Sequence record: SRR31156797_9223
DNA length: 64,000 nucleotides
Strand: one strand, 5' to 3'
Every line of letters starts with the position of its first letter. Positions within the stretch are counted from its first letter, which is position 1. This document shows positions 10,740 through 20,197 of the stretch, piece after piece. The translations under genes were made by a program, and so were the position numbers. The notes beneath the pieces were generated by a model, which was given only the letters and a program-made list of their open reading frames with translations, was not told the DNA's origin and made no database searches.

Positions 10740-11925
10740 ATACCTGATAGGTGTGACTGGAGGTATAGCCTGCTATAAAACCATCACACTTTGCAGGCTT
10801 TTGATGAAGGAAGGGCATGACGTAAGGGTCATTATGACTGACAATGCCTGTAAATTCATTACTCCCCTCACTTTTGAAACTATCACCAGAAACCGTGCCT
10901 ATGTCGGTGAATTTGACGCAGGGATGGATTCTGGGATGATAGAGCATATCGATCTTGCCGGCTGGGCTGATGAATTCCTTATTGTTCCAGCCACAGCTAA
11001 CTGTATGGCGAAAATAGCTCACGGTATAGCTGATGATCTTCTTACATCCACAGCTTTAGTTTATAAAGAGCCGATAATCTTTGCTCCGTCGATGAATGTT
11101 GATATGCTTGCTGATGTTACAACTCAGAAGAATATGAAAACTATTCTCGCTAACGGGAACGAGATTATCGACTGCGGTACAGGCGAAATGGCTTGCAAGG
11201 CTGAAGGTAAAGGCCGTGTGGCTGAACCTGAAGAGATCATGGAATACCTTTTTTCTGATAAGCCTTTGAGTGGACTGCGCCTACTTGTAACCGCCGGTCC
11301 GACAGTTGAACCGCTTGACCCTGTAAGGTACATTACTAATCGCTCCAGCGGAAAGATGGGCGTGGCTATCGCTAAGACAGCGAAACAGCTAGGTGCTGAT
11401 GTTAAAGTTATCGCTGGACCTCTGTCAGTCAGCGCAGATGGGCTGGACGTTACATCTGTTCAGACAGCGGAAGAGATGATGAATGCTGTCAGGGGTAAAC
11501 TTGAAAGCACAGACATACTCATTATGGCTGCTGCTGTAGCCGATTATAAGCCGGCTGATTATTCAGATAAGAAGATTAAGAAGAACGATGACGAGATGAC
11601 TATAGTGCTTGAGAAGAATCCTGACATACTTAAGACCATCGCTTCTGTGAAGAAGAGCGGTCAGGTGTTTGTCGGTTTCGCTGCTGAGAGCAATGATGTC
11701 AGAGAGAATGCCCTTAAGAAACTTGAGAGCAAAAAGCTAGATTTCATAGTGGCTAACGATATATCCAGAGCCGATATAGGCTTTGAAACTGATGAGAACG
11801 AAGTGACAATGCTTTTCGCTGACGGCAGAAATGTAGAATCAGGAAAGGTGCTTAAATCTGATATCGCTAAAGTTCTCTTAGATAACGCACTTCAATTACA
11901 CAGAGAAAAGAATGGAATTGTTTGA
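10732..11925 (+). CDS. coaBC: Phosphopantothenoylcysteine decarboxylase/synthase
   Basis: GVTGGIACYK, PATAN, TAGPTVEPLDPVRYITNRSSGKMG, AAAVADY and VGFAAE motifs. Confidence 0.97.
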   Translation: MSKYLIGVTGGIACYKTITLCRLLMKEGHDVRVIMTDNACKFITPLTFETITRNRAYVGEFDAGMDSGMIEHIDLAGWADEFLIVPATANCMAKIAHGIADDLLTSTALVYKEPIIFAPSMNVDMLADVTTQKNMKTILANGNEIIDCGTGEMACKAEGKGRVAEPEEIMEYLFSDKPLSGLRLLVTAGPTVEPLDPVRYITNRSSGKMGVAIAKTAKQLGADVKVIAGPLSVSADGLDVTSVQTAEEMMNAVRGKLESTDILIMAAAVADYKPADYSDKKIKKNDDEMTIVLEKNPDILKTIASVKKSGQVFVGFAAESNDVRENALKKLESKKLDFIVANDISRADIGFETDENEVTMLFADGRNVESGKVLKSDIAKVLLDNALQLHREKNGIV

Positions 11926-12547
11926 TAAAAACCCGATCAAAGATATATACGGTGTTGAGGATGTTATCGCTGAAGAGTGTGAAAAATCAGGCGGCAACCC
12001 TTTCGAAGAGCTTTACACCGAAGTAAGTAAATGCAAAAAGTGCGGATTGCACGAAACACGCAATAATATAGTTTTCGGTACTGGCGACCCTTCTGCAGAC
12101 CTTATGTTTGTTGGCGAAGGACCTGGGGCGGAAGAGGACAAGCAGGGTATACCTTTTGTTGGTCGTGCCGGGCAGCTCCTGACCAAGATGATAGAGGCGA
12201 TGGGGCAAACCAGAGAGACTGTCTACATAGCAAATATTGTTAAATGCAGACCGCCGGAAAACAGGAATCCTTTCGAAGACGAATCAAATACATGCATACC
12301 TTATCTTTACAGACAGATTGAGTATATCAAGCCTAAGGTTATTGTCTGCCTCGGTAGTGTGGCGGCTCAGAATCTTTTAAAAACCAAACTTGGTATCACA
12401 AAAATACGAGGCGAATTTGTCGATCTTAACGGTGTGAAAGTTATGCCTACTTTCCACCCTGCCTATCTTTTACGAAATGCAAAAATGAAGAAACCATGCT
12501 GGGAAGACCTTCAGAAAGTTATGGGTGAAATTTCACAAAAGAAATAA
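11912..12547 (+). CDS. Family 4 uracil-DNA glycosylase (Fe-S)
   Basis: Cxx[18 protein letters not shown] and TFHPAY motifs. Confidence 0.95.
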   Translation: MELFDKNPIKDIYGVEDVIAEECEKSGGNPFEELYTEVSKCKKCGLHETRNNIVFGTGDPSADLMFVGEGPGAEEDKQGIPFVGRAGQLLTKMIEAMGQTRETVYIANIVKCRPPENRNPFEDESNTCIPYLYRQIEYIKPKVIVCLGSVAAQNLLKTKLGITKIRGEFVDLNGVKVMPTFHPAYLLRNAKMKKPCWEDLQKVMGEISQKK

Positions 12548-12556
12548 TTAATAGAA

Positions 12557-12586
12557 TTGATATTTCACGTGTTATGTGAGTATAAT
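12557..12586 (+). promoter_or_regulatory. Sigma70-type promoter of the CsgG-like gene
   Basis: TTGATA-18 nt-TATAAT; SD GGAGG at 12608-12612. Confidence 0.6.
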
Positions 12587-12619
12587 TTCCTTATAAATTA
12601 TTTTTTTGGAGGTTGCGAA

Positions 12620-13834
12620 ATGAGGAGACTAGCTCTTGCTTCGCTAATTGTTTCTATGGCTCTGGTTCTTTCTGCGTGCGTGGGGGGTGGACCTAAAGTT
12701 GACCCGAATGCTTACCAGATAACACCGGCTGATGTTGAAAAAATCAAGATTCCTAATGTGTGTATGGCTTCTTACAAAACTGAAACACCTCGTGTGGCTG
12801 TTGTTCAGTTTCAGAACAATACAACTTACGGCAAAATGACTGCCACAAACACCAAAACTTCTGGTGAAAGCACAACAACAAGAAAATCTGCTGCTATGGC
12901 AGGTATAGTTGCTACTCCTGTCGGAATTGGCGTTGGCGGCGTTTCTGCTTCTAAAACAAAGACAAAATACTCCCAGAATGTTGATACATTTATGAGAGAG
13001 ATAGCTCCTAATATCGGCGAATATGCTCAGTCTTCTGTTGAGAACACTATGGCTAATATCGGTGGAATGGAGATATTCGACAGAGCTAACATGCAGAAGA
13101 TCATGAACGAGCAGAAATTTCAGATGACTCTCGGCGATCCTAACACTGCTGTACAGCTCGGTAAACTCGCTGGTGTTCAATACATTATCACTGGTACAGT
13201 TGATAACATCGCAACAAAATATAAGACAAAAGCTAAAAATAACAATGACTCGGGTAACGCATGGCTGAACCTTGCAATGTCTGCTGCCACTGCTGCTGCA
13301 AACACGCAGGCCGGCTGGAATGTTAACATTGAAATGACAGTCAAGCTCCTCGATGTTGCAACAGGTAAAATGATCATTAACAAGAGAGTTAAAGGTCACG
13401 AAGTTGCTGGTATGCAGAAGAACTTTAACCCGGAAATGGCTATAACCGCAGCTAAAAAGGCTATGGGTGAGGCTGTTGACGACCTCAGACCTGATTTCTC
13501 TGACAGATTCGCTCAGCGTGGATACATTCAGCAGCTTAAGAGCGGAAAGAAGGATAAGGTTGCTCTTGTTAACCTAGGTTCTGAGAAGGGTATTAAACCT
13601 GGAACCAAGCTCGCTGCTTACGAATTTATCGAGATCGTAGACCCTTTTACAAACGTTGCTACATGCAACATGTCTAAGGTTCCTGCTGAGCTCGTAGTTT
13701 CTGATCAGGTAACACAGGCTAATGCTTGGGTTCTTATCAGCGGCAAGCCAGAGGTTACATCGAGAGTTAAGCTAGGAATGATCATTAAGCGTGAAAAGCT
13801 CAAAGGTCAATCCCTTATGAAGAAATTATTCTAA
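12620..13834 (+). CDS. CsgG/HfaB-family lipoprotein with FlgT_C-like C-terminal domain
   Basis: Lipobox LSAC. CsgG-like core RVAVVQFQN...DRANMQKIMNEQKF...GKLAGVQYIITG...VKLLDVATG, and a C-terminal VNLGSEKGIKPG. ATG 12620 follows the SD. Confidence 0.8.
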   Translation: MRRLALASLIVSMALVLSACVGGGPKVDPNAYQITPADVEKIKIPNVCMASYKTETPRVAVVQFQNNTTYGKMTATNTKTSGESTTTRKSAAMAGIVATPVGIGVGGVSASKTKTKYSQNVDTFMREIAPNIGEYAQSSVENTMANIGGMEIFDRANMQKIMNEQKFQMTLGDPNTAVQLGKLAGVQYIITGTVDNIATKYKTKAKNNNDSGNAWLNLAMSAATAAANTQAGWNVNIEMTVKLLDVATGKMIINKRVKGHEVAGMQKNFNPEMAITAAKKAMGEAVDDLRPDFSDRFAQRGYIQQLKSGKKDKVALVNLGSEKGIKPGTKLAAYEFIEIVDPFTNVATCNMSKVPAELVVSDQVTQANAWVLISGKPEVTSRVKLGMIIKREKLKGQSLMKKLF

Positions 13835-13849
13835 TAATTTAAACATTAC

Positions 13850-13879
13850 GGGGCGGAAATTTCCGTCCCTTGTTATTTC
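13850..13879 (+). terminator. Probable intrinsic terminator or stem after the CsgG-like gene
   Basis: GGGGCGGA-loop-TCCGTCCC followed by TTGTTATTT. Confidence 0.65.
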
Positions 13880-13938
13880 TACCTTGTGTCAAAACTAATC
13901 TCCTTATATTATTAATTAAAATTATCTAAAGGGTTACT

Positions 13939-14949
13939 ATGCGTTTTTTTACAATTTTACTAATGCTCACTCTGTTTGCAGTGCACGTGTCTTCATATGC
14001 GCAGGATGGCGGAGCGAACATAAACATCACTCTTGAGATAGAGGGAGAATATAAGTTTGAGCCTTTCGAAGCTCCTTCGCCGGGGTTTGAGGGGTTGGTT
14101 AATACCGGAGTGCTTAGGGTTGTAGCTGAGTCTGAAACGGGGCTTGCAAAATACAAAGCACTTAATGACGCTATGCAGAAGGCTCGCTCAGCCGTCTGGA
14201 ATGTTGTTGTTCACGGGAAGATTGAGAATGGCTTATCCATCAAAGATGCTATAGCCGCAGCTCCTCCTTATGTAGAGTATAAACCTCGTAAGGATGAACA
14301 GGAAGCTTTTGACGCTCTGCCTGATGAAGAGAAAGAAGTTGTCATAGCTGAGAAAGGGAAAGAGAAGAATTACGATTTTGAAAAGTACCTTGATATCATC
14401 AGAGAGTGCGGGAAATATTCTAATTCCGGAAGGTTTTACGATGCAGTAGAACAGAAGGGGTATGCCTGCCTTGAGGTTAGGCTAGAGGACTTTTTTGCGG
14501 CAATAGATAATGAAAAGATAAATATCTTCGAAGAGCTGGAGTTTGGTGACAAATACAGACCTATGGATTCCGTACGTGCACGCTACGACGGCATAATAGT
14601 TGACGCATCTGGCACAGAATATAACCCTTCCTTACGTGTTAAGCTGTTGTCTCCTACTGAGGAGACAGTTTACGCTGGTATAGCAGGTCGAAATAGTATT
14701 TACTTCGCTAAAGATTTGGACGGTGCTAAAAAAGTGCTCGGCTCAAGGGGCGTTAAGCGTGTTTATCATACCTCTGCGACAGAATCTTCCGGTGATATAG
14801 GCGTTAAGCTCACATTACCAGGAGCTGACAGCATTTATTCGGCAGTTTCCGGAGGTAAAAATGTACCTCTGGTGATAATATATAAAGAGAAGATTGAAGA
14901 AGCTACGAAAGAGACTACAGAAGAAAACATACCACCAGTTGGAGAATAA
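13939..14949 (+). CDS. Secreted protein, LPP20/FlgP-like
   Basis: Sec signal peptide, an A..A...A.. helix (ALNDAMQKAR), and a C-terminal YDGIIVDASG...P...VY segment resembling LPP20-associated domains. The assignment is by recollection only. Confidence 0.5.
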   Translation: MRFFTILLMLTLFAVHVSSYAQDGGANINITLEIEGEYKFEPFEAPSPGFEGLVNTGVLRVVAESETGLAKYKALNDAMQKARSAVWNVVVHGKIENGLSIKDAIAAAPPYVEYKPRKDEQEAFDALPDEEKEVVIAEKGKEKNYDFEKYLDIIRECGKYSNSGRFYDAVEQKGYACLEVRLEDFFAAIDNEKINIFEELEFGDKYRPMDSVRARYDGIIVDASGTEYNPSLRVKLLSPTEETVYAGIAGRNSIYFAKDLDGAKKVLGSRGVKRVYHTSATESSGDIGVKLTLPGADSIYSAVSGGKNVPLVIIYKEKIEEATKETTEENIPPVGE

Positions 14950-14950
14950 T

Positions 14951-16057
14951 ATGAGAAAGATAGTTCTTACACTTTTAGCGATAATGGTTTACGCAGTTTC
15001 ATTTGCTGCGCCGGTTACAGTTACTGCGATAGGCGAAGCTGACATTGTCGGCGGCGATAAGTCCAGTGCGAAGATGCAGGCGGTCGCAAGAGCGAAATGG
15101 GCAGCGATGGAAGAGGCTTCCGGTGTCAGAGTTAAGTCTGACACAATAGTACAGAACGCTGTGCTTGTGGATGAGGCGATCAAGAATGAAGTGACTGGCG
15201 TTATCCAGAATTATAGCGTAACAGGGGAAGAGGAAGACGGGCAGATTTATCGTGTTATGATCAGTGCGACTATAATCCCTGAAAAAGCGAAGGATGCTGT
15301 CGGGCTTATTGCTAAGAACACGTCTATATCTGTTATGGTTCCTGTTGTTTTCCCTGATGGACACATCGAAGAGACAAATATACTAACAGAGACAGTGATT
15401 AATGAGCTTACTATGCAGCAGATGGAAGTAGTAGATATAGTATCCACAAGCGGTGCTAATGTTGGTCTTCTCGATAAGGCTATGCGTACTAACAACTATC
15501 TTGAGATGAGGAATATTGCCGCTAAAAATCTTTCCGGTACTATCCTCGTGGGTAAGGTTGAGACCACAACCACTGCGAAAGAGGGCTCAGATGTCGGCTA
15601 CGGCGTATCACTCCCGTTTAACGTTGTGACAGGTCGCCTTACATACAGGCTCCTTACTCAGCAGGGTTCAAATACACGCATCCTCGCAAGCGGTTTCCTT
15701 AGCGCAAGAGGGATGGGGGCGTCACTCGGCGATGCAACTAACCAGATGATGGAAAACATGAACCGTGAGGTTTCGCAGAAGCTCGTAAGCATCGTTATGG
15801 AGAAGATTAAAGGTGCTAACAGCAAGTCTATCGCAGTTCAGATAGCGGAGAATCCTTCACTTTCTGACCTTATGGAACTTAAACAGATGCTCTCTTTTAC
15901 AGCTTGGGTTCTTGAGGTTAAAGAGCGAGGCAAGGACATGCTTGCAGTTTCTTACCCTGAAAAGACACTTTACCTAGCTACAGCGATCAACAGTAAGCCG
16001 AACTATAAAGTTCTTAAGCTGACTGATTACTCTATTATAGTAAAGAAGTTATACTAA
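14951..16057 (+). CDS. Secreted protein with FlgT N-terminal-like domain
   Basis: Signal peptide, then VTVTAIGEA...AKMQAVARAKWAAMEEASGVRVKS...GVIQNYSV...YRVMISATI, the FlgT_N pattern. Starts 1 nt after the upstream stop. Confidence 0.7.
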   Translation: MRKIVLTLLAIMVYAVSFAAPVTVTAIGEADIVGGDKSSAKMQAVARAKWAAMEEASGVRVKSDTIVQNAVLVDEAIKNEVTGVIQNYSVTGEEEDGQIYRVMISATIIPEKAKDAVGLIAKNTSISVMVPVVFPDGHIEETNILTETVINELTMQQMEVVDIVSTSGANVGLLDKAMRTNNYLEMRNIAAKNLSGTILVGKVETTTTAKEGSDVGYGVSLPFNVVTGRLTYRLLTQQGSNTRILASGFLSARGMGASLGDATNQMMENMNREVSQKLVSIVMEKIKGANSKSIAVQIAENPSLSDLMELKQMLSFTAWVLEVKERGKDMLAVSYPEKTLYLATAINSKPNYKVLKLTDYSIIVKKLY

Positions 16058-16067
16058 TCAAATAAAC

Positions 16068-16095
16068 AAAGGCGGCTGCAAAAGGTCGCCTTTTT
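16068..16095 (+). terminator. Intrinsic terminator
   Basis: AAAGGCGGCT-loop-GGTCGCCTTTTT. Confidence 0.75.
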
Positions 16096-16181
16096 ATTGC
16101 CAATTTTTTCACACAAAACTTTATAATATTTCACCCAAATACCTGCTATAATATGTTTAATTATTTTTAGCGCAGGTATTT

Positions 16182-18269
16182 ATGGCTTCATTTAAAGATA
16201 TTCTTAAAAGTTACAGACTAATTAGCTTTCTAATCGTTTCAGTGATAGCTGTCCTCGGGTATTATCACCAGCCGGACGCTGTTCAGAAATTTTCACTCGG
16301 ACTGGAAGACCTTAAGTTTTCCGCACGTTCCGCATTAGGCTATGCGCCAAAGGCTCATAAAGACCTGGTGATAATAGAAGTTGACGAACCTAGTGTTAAC
16401 GTTATCGGTCGCTGGCCATGGAACAGGGATGTGATGGCTAAAATGTTTGGCAATCTTTCGCAAGCCACTGTTGTTGGGCTAGATATAGTTTTTTCTGAAA
16501 CTTCCACCGAAGAAGATGACCTTATGCTTGCTGATATCATGTACGACAACGGCAACATCATCCTCGGGTATTTCTTCAGAGATATAGCGACTCAGGAGAC
16601 AACGGAAGAGGATATCGACTATCTTCAGGACTGCGCCTATATGAACTTTAAGCTCCTTGATGAAACTATCGGAATCAAAGAATTCCCTTTCGCCGAGGTG
16701 AACATACCTATCATCGCAGAATCAGGGCTTACGTGCGCATATTTCAGCACTGAGCCGGATACAGACGGACTTTACCGCCGTTATCCGCTTGCATATATTC
16801 ATAAAGGCTATATCCTTCCGCCGCTCGCAGTGCAGATGATGAGGTACGGAGTAAACAAAGAGGTTGATCTCCAGCTGGACAGTAAAGGGGTTAAGGACTT
16901 CAATTTAGGTGAGTTAAGCATTAAAGACAGGTCGTATGTAAGGCTTAATTTTTATGACGATGTTAAATATGTTTCCGCTCACGAAGTCATAGACGGAACT
17001 GTTCCGCCGGAATACTTTAAAGATAAGATGGTTATTGTCGGTGTTACAGAAGTAGGGGTATACGATATGCGTCCTACTCCTATCGACTCAGTTACACCGG
17101 GAGTTTCGCTCCACTATGTAGCGCTAAGTAATCTTCTTCAGGACGAGCTTCTTTCAACATCAGAAAAGGCTGATTATGTAATAATATTTGCCACACTTTT
17201 CGCTGTGCTGGCGATCAGCTTTCTGCGCAAGCAGGTTAATAGGATTATCGTTTACGGTGTCGCTCTCGCTGCATCAGGTGCAACATCATACGGTATGTTC
17301 TTCTTCGGAAACTACTGGCAGCATGAGTTCTGGACTATGATGCCTTCTGTGCTTTTTGTCGCATCACTTGAGTCCTTTGCCTTTTTCACTGTTGAGCGTA
17401 AGGCTAAAGAGGTTAAAAAAGCATTTACGTCATACGTTTCACCTGCACTGGTAGAAGAGATTCAGAAGGATCCTGACAAGCTAAAACTCGGTGGTGAGGA
17501 GAGATGTATCTCTGTTATGTTTTCAGACATCAGGGGGTTTACATCACTCTCTGAAAGCCTCTCTGCGCCGGACTTGGTATCTATGCTTAACAAAATCCAC
17601 GACCCTATGACAAAGGTCGTTCTGAATAATAACGGTATGCTCGATAAGTATATCGGTGACGCCATGATGGTTCTCTATAACACGCCGCTCGATCTTGATG
17701 ATCATGCGGATATGGCTGTACTTTCTGCGCTTCAGCTTATCAGGACACTTCACGAGATTAACGAGCGTTTTGTAGCTGAAGGTTTACCTACTATCGATGT
17801 CGGTGTTGGTGTAAACACTGGTAATGCTGTTTGCGGTAACATGGGTTCTCAGGTGCGTTTTGAGTATACCGCCATTGGTGATAGTGTAAACCTCGCATCA
17901 AGGCTTGAGGGGCTTTGTAAAGCTTATCGTACCCGTATTGTGATCAGTGAATATACACTCGGTATGTGCCAGATGGAGTTCCTCACACGTAAGCTTGATA
18001 ACGTAAAAGTGAAGGGTAAGAATGAACCTGTTGCCATCTTTGAGGTCATGGAAGACACAGAAGAGCTGAGAGCTTTGAAAGAGGAGTACGACAAGGCGAT
18101 GAACCTTTACTTCGGAAAGCAGTTTGAAGAGGCGAAGGCGATATTTGTAAAACTTTTTGAAGAGGACGGTGATCGTACCTCTGAGGTATTTATAGAGAGA
18201 TGCGAACAGTATAAGAGTGATCCTCCGCCGGAAGACTGGGACGGTTCATTCACAATGACAAGTAAGTAA
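16182..18269 (+). CDS. CHASE2-domain class III adenylate cyclase with C-terminal TPR-like tail
   Basis: CHASE2 motifs GRWPW, GLDIVF and DGLYRR, then 3 TMs. Cyclase motifs FSDIRGFT, DKYIGDA and YTAIGDSVNLASRLE; the K/T specificity residues indicate ATP. Confidence 0.92.
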   Translation: MASFKDILKSYRLISFLIVSVIAVLGYYHQPDAVQKFSLGLEDLKFSARSALGYAPKAHKDLVIIEVDEPSVNVIGRWPWNRDVMAKMFGNLSQATVVGLDIVFSETSTEEDDLMLADIMYDNGNIILGYFFRDIATQETTEEDIDYLQDCAYMNFKLLDETIGIKEFPFAEVNIPIIAESGLTCAYFSTEPDTDGLYRRYPLAYIHKGYILPPLAVQMMRYGVNKEVDLQLDSKGVKDFNLGELSIKDRSYVRLNFYDDVKYVSAHEVIDGTVPPEYFKDKMVIVGVTEVGVYDMRPTPIDSVTPGVSLHYVALSNLLQDELLSTSEKADYVIIFATLFAVLAISFLRKQVNRIIVYGVALAASGATSYGMFFFGNYWQHEFWTMMPSVLFVASLESFAFFTVERKAKEVKKAFTSYVSPALVEEIQKDPDKLKLGGEERCISVMFSDIRGFTSLSESLSAPDLVSMLNKIHDPMTKVVLNNNGMLDKYIGDAMMVLYNTPLDLDDHADMAVLSALQLIRTLHEINERFVAEGLPTIDVGVGVNTGNAVCGNMGSQVRFEYTAIGDSVNLASRLEGLCKAYRTRIVISEYTLGMCQMEFLTRKLDNVKVKGKNEPVAIFEVMEDTEELRALKEEYDKAMNLYFGKQFEEAKAIFVKLFEEDGDRTSEVFIERCEQYKSDPPPEDWDGSFTMTSK

Positions 18270-18287
18270 GAATACGGAGATAATATA

Positions 18288-19250
18288 ATGAAAAAGATTG
18301 CTGTAATGACCAGCGGTGGCGATTGCCCGGGGATGAACGCCGCAATCCGCAGTGTCACCCGAACAGGGCTTGCAAACGGGATTGAAGTTTACGGTATCGA
18401 ACAGGGGTACAAAGGGCTTATAGATGGTCACATCAAAAAGCTTGTTAGCCGTGACGTTTCAAACACCATCCAGCGTGGAGGAACTTTTTTACGTTCAGCC
18501 AGGTGTCTGGAGTTCAAAACCGAAGCAGGTCAGAAGCAAGGGATAGATCAGCTTGAAAAGCACGGCATAGAGGGGCTTGTGGTCATAGGTGGCGATGGCT
18601 CTCTCACCGGTGCTAAAATGCTTTATGAGAAGTACGGAATAAATATAATCGGAATTCCCGGTTCGATAGATAATGATATATACGGTACAAGTACATCAAT
18701 AGGTGTAGATACCGCACTCAATAACATAGCACGTGCTATAGACATGATAAACGAAACAGCAAGCTCACACGACAGGACTTTCATTATAGAAGTCATGGGG
18801 CGTAACTGCGGGTATCTAGCGCTTATGTCTGCTATCGCTTGCGGTGCGGAGGCTGTTATTATCCCAGAGCTTGAATATCACCTCGAAAGTATTATAGATA
18901 AGATAAAGAAACGCTACGAAGAGGGTAAATCGAGAAGCATTGTTGTTGTCGCAGAGGGCGCAGGGAGTGCTGTGGATTTCGGAAAGGCTTTCCAGCTTAT
19001 CGGCGGTTTCGACACACGTATCACTGTTCTTGGGCATCTTCAGCGTGGCGGAAGCCCGACAGTTTTTGACAGAATACTGGCTACCCGTATGGGAGCTGCT
19101 GCTGTTGAAGGGCTGGCGGAAGGGAAAAGCGGTGTTATGACAGCTCTTTCCGGTCGTGAGATATCATTTGTAGATTTAGATATAGTTCTTTCAAATAGCA
19201 GATCGCTAGACCCTAAACTTATGGAGATAGCGGAGGATTTAAGTGTCTGA
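18288..19250 (+). CDS. pfkA: ATP-dependent 6-phosphofructokinase
   Basis: TSGGDCPGMNA, GGDGS, PGSIDND, EVMGR and LGHLQRGG motifs. Confidence 0.97.
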   Translation: MKKIAVMTSGGDCPGMNAAIRSVTRTGLANGIEVYGIEQGYKGLIDGHIKKLVSRDVSNTIQRGGTFLRSARCLEFKTEAGQKQGIDQLEKHGIEGLVVIGGDGSLTGAKMLYEKYGINIIGIPGSIDNDIYGTSTSIGVDTALNNIARAIDMINETASSHDRTFIIEVMGRNCGYLALMSAIACGAEAVIIPELEYHLESIIDKIKKRYEEGKSRSIVVVAEGAGSAVDFGKAFQLIGGFDTRITVLGHLQRGGSPTVFDRILATRMGAAAVEGLAEGKSGVMTALSGREISFVDLDIVLSNSRSLDPKLMEIAEDLSV

Positions 19251-19744
19251 TGAGTGTAACCACAAAAGGCGGAGACAAAGGGCAGACCTCACTTTACAGC
19301 GGTCAGCGTGTTTCAAAAGATGATATACGAATAGAGACTGTAGGCACAGGTGACGAGCTATGCTCTAATCTGGGCGAGGCGAAGTTTTTTGTGCCAAAAT
19401 ATCTCGATGTTATCGAGCGTGTTCAGAAGAATATATTCATTGTAAATGCTCACTGTGCAGATATGGACGGAGACAAGTACGACATAGAAGAGGCAGAGGT
19501 TGATTTCCTCGAAGCATTTGTAAAAGAAGGTGAAAAACAGCTCAACCTTACGGGGTTTATCATTCCGTCTGAGAATAGGGCAGCGGCGAAACTTGACGTT
19601 TGCAGAACAGTTTGCCGCAGGCTTGAAAGAAGATTGATAAGTCTTTCAGCTTGTGCTACTCTTAGCCCTCACGTTTTAAAATACATCAACAGGTTGTCAG
19701 ATTGTATATATATCATGGCGAGGCTTGTTGGGAAGGAGAGTTAG
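19250..19744 (+). CDS. PduO-type cob(I)alamin adenosyltransferase
   Basis: TKGGDKGQT, GTGDEL, RTVCRRLER and YINRLSD motifs. Confidence 0.9.
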   Translation: MSVTTKGGDKGQTSLYSGQRVSKDDIRIETVGTGDELCSNLGEAKFFVPKYLDVIERVQKNIFIVNAHCADMDGDKYDIEEAEVDFLEAFVKEGEKQLNLTGFIIPSENRAAAKLDVCRTVCRRLERRLISLSACATLSPHVLKYINRLSDCIYIMARLVGKES

Positions 19745-20197
19745 ATGTCATTGAAAGATCAGATCACTGCTGATATGAAAACATACATGAGAGAGAAGGA
19801 AACGGTTGCACTTGGCGCTGTCCGTATGGTTAAGGCTGAGATAAAAAATGCTGAGATAGACGGTAAGACAGAGCTTGACGATGCGGCTGTACAGAAGGTT
19901 ATCGCCACTGCTATCAAAAAGCGTAAAGACGCAGCAGAGCAGTTTTCAAATGCTAACAGACCTGAGCTTGCTGAGAAAGAGCTTGCAGAGGTTGAGATTC
20001 TCTCTAAATATATGCCTCAGCAGATGGGCGAAGACGAGGTTAGAACCATCGTCGCAGAAGCTTGCGAAGGTGTTGATACATCAGATAAAAAGATGTTCGG
20101 TAAGGTTATGCAGGCTGTTATGGCGAAGTCACAGGGGCGTGCAGACGGTAAGATCGTAAACCAGCTTGTAAGGGATGCGTTTGATGGGAATAATTGA
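19745..20197 (+). CDS. yqeY: GatB/YqeY domain protein
   Basis: MSLKDQITADMK, KKRKDAAEQF, YMPQQM and GKVM...GRADGK motifs. Confidence 0.92.
   Translation: MSLKDQITADMKTYMREKETVALGAVRMVKAEIKNAEIDGKTELDDAAVQKVIATAIKKRKDAAEQFSNANRPELAEKELAEVEILSKYMPQQMGEDEVRTIVAEACEGVDTSDKKMFGKVMQAVMAKSQGRADGKIVNQLVRDAFDGNN

Noticed and set aside
12644-13399. 251-aa antisense ORF opposite the CsgG-like gene
   Set aside because: Shadow of a codon-biased sense gene; no RBS or recognisable motifs.
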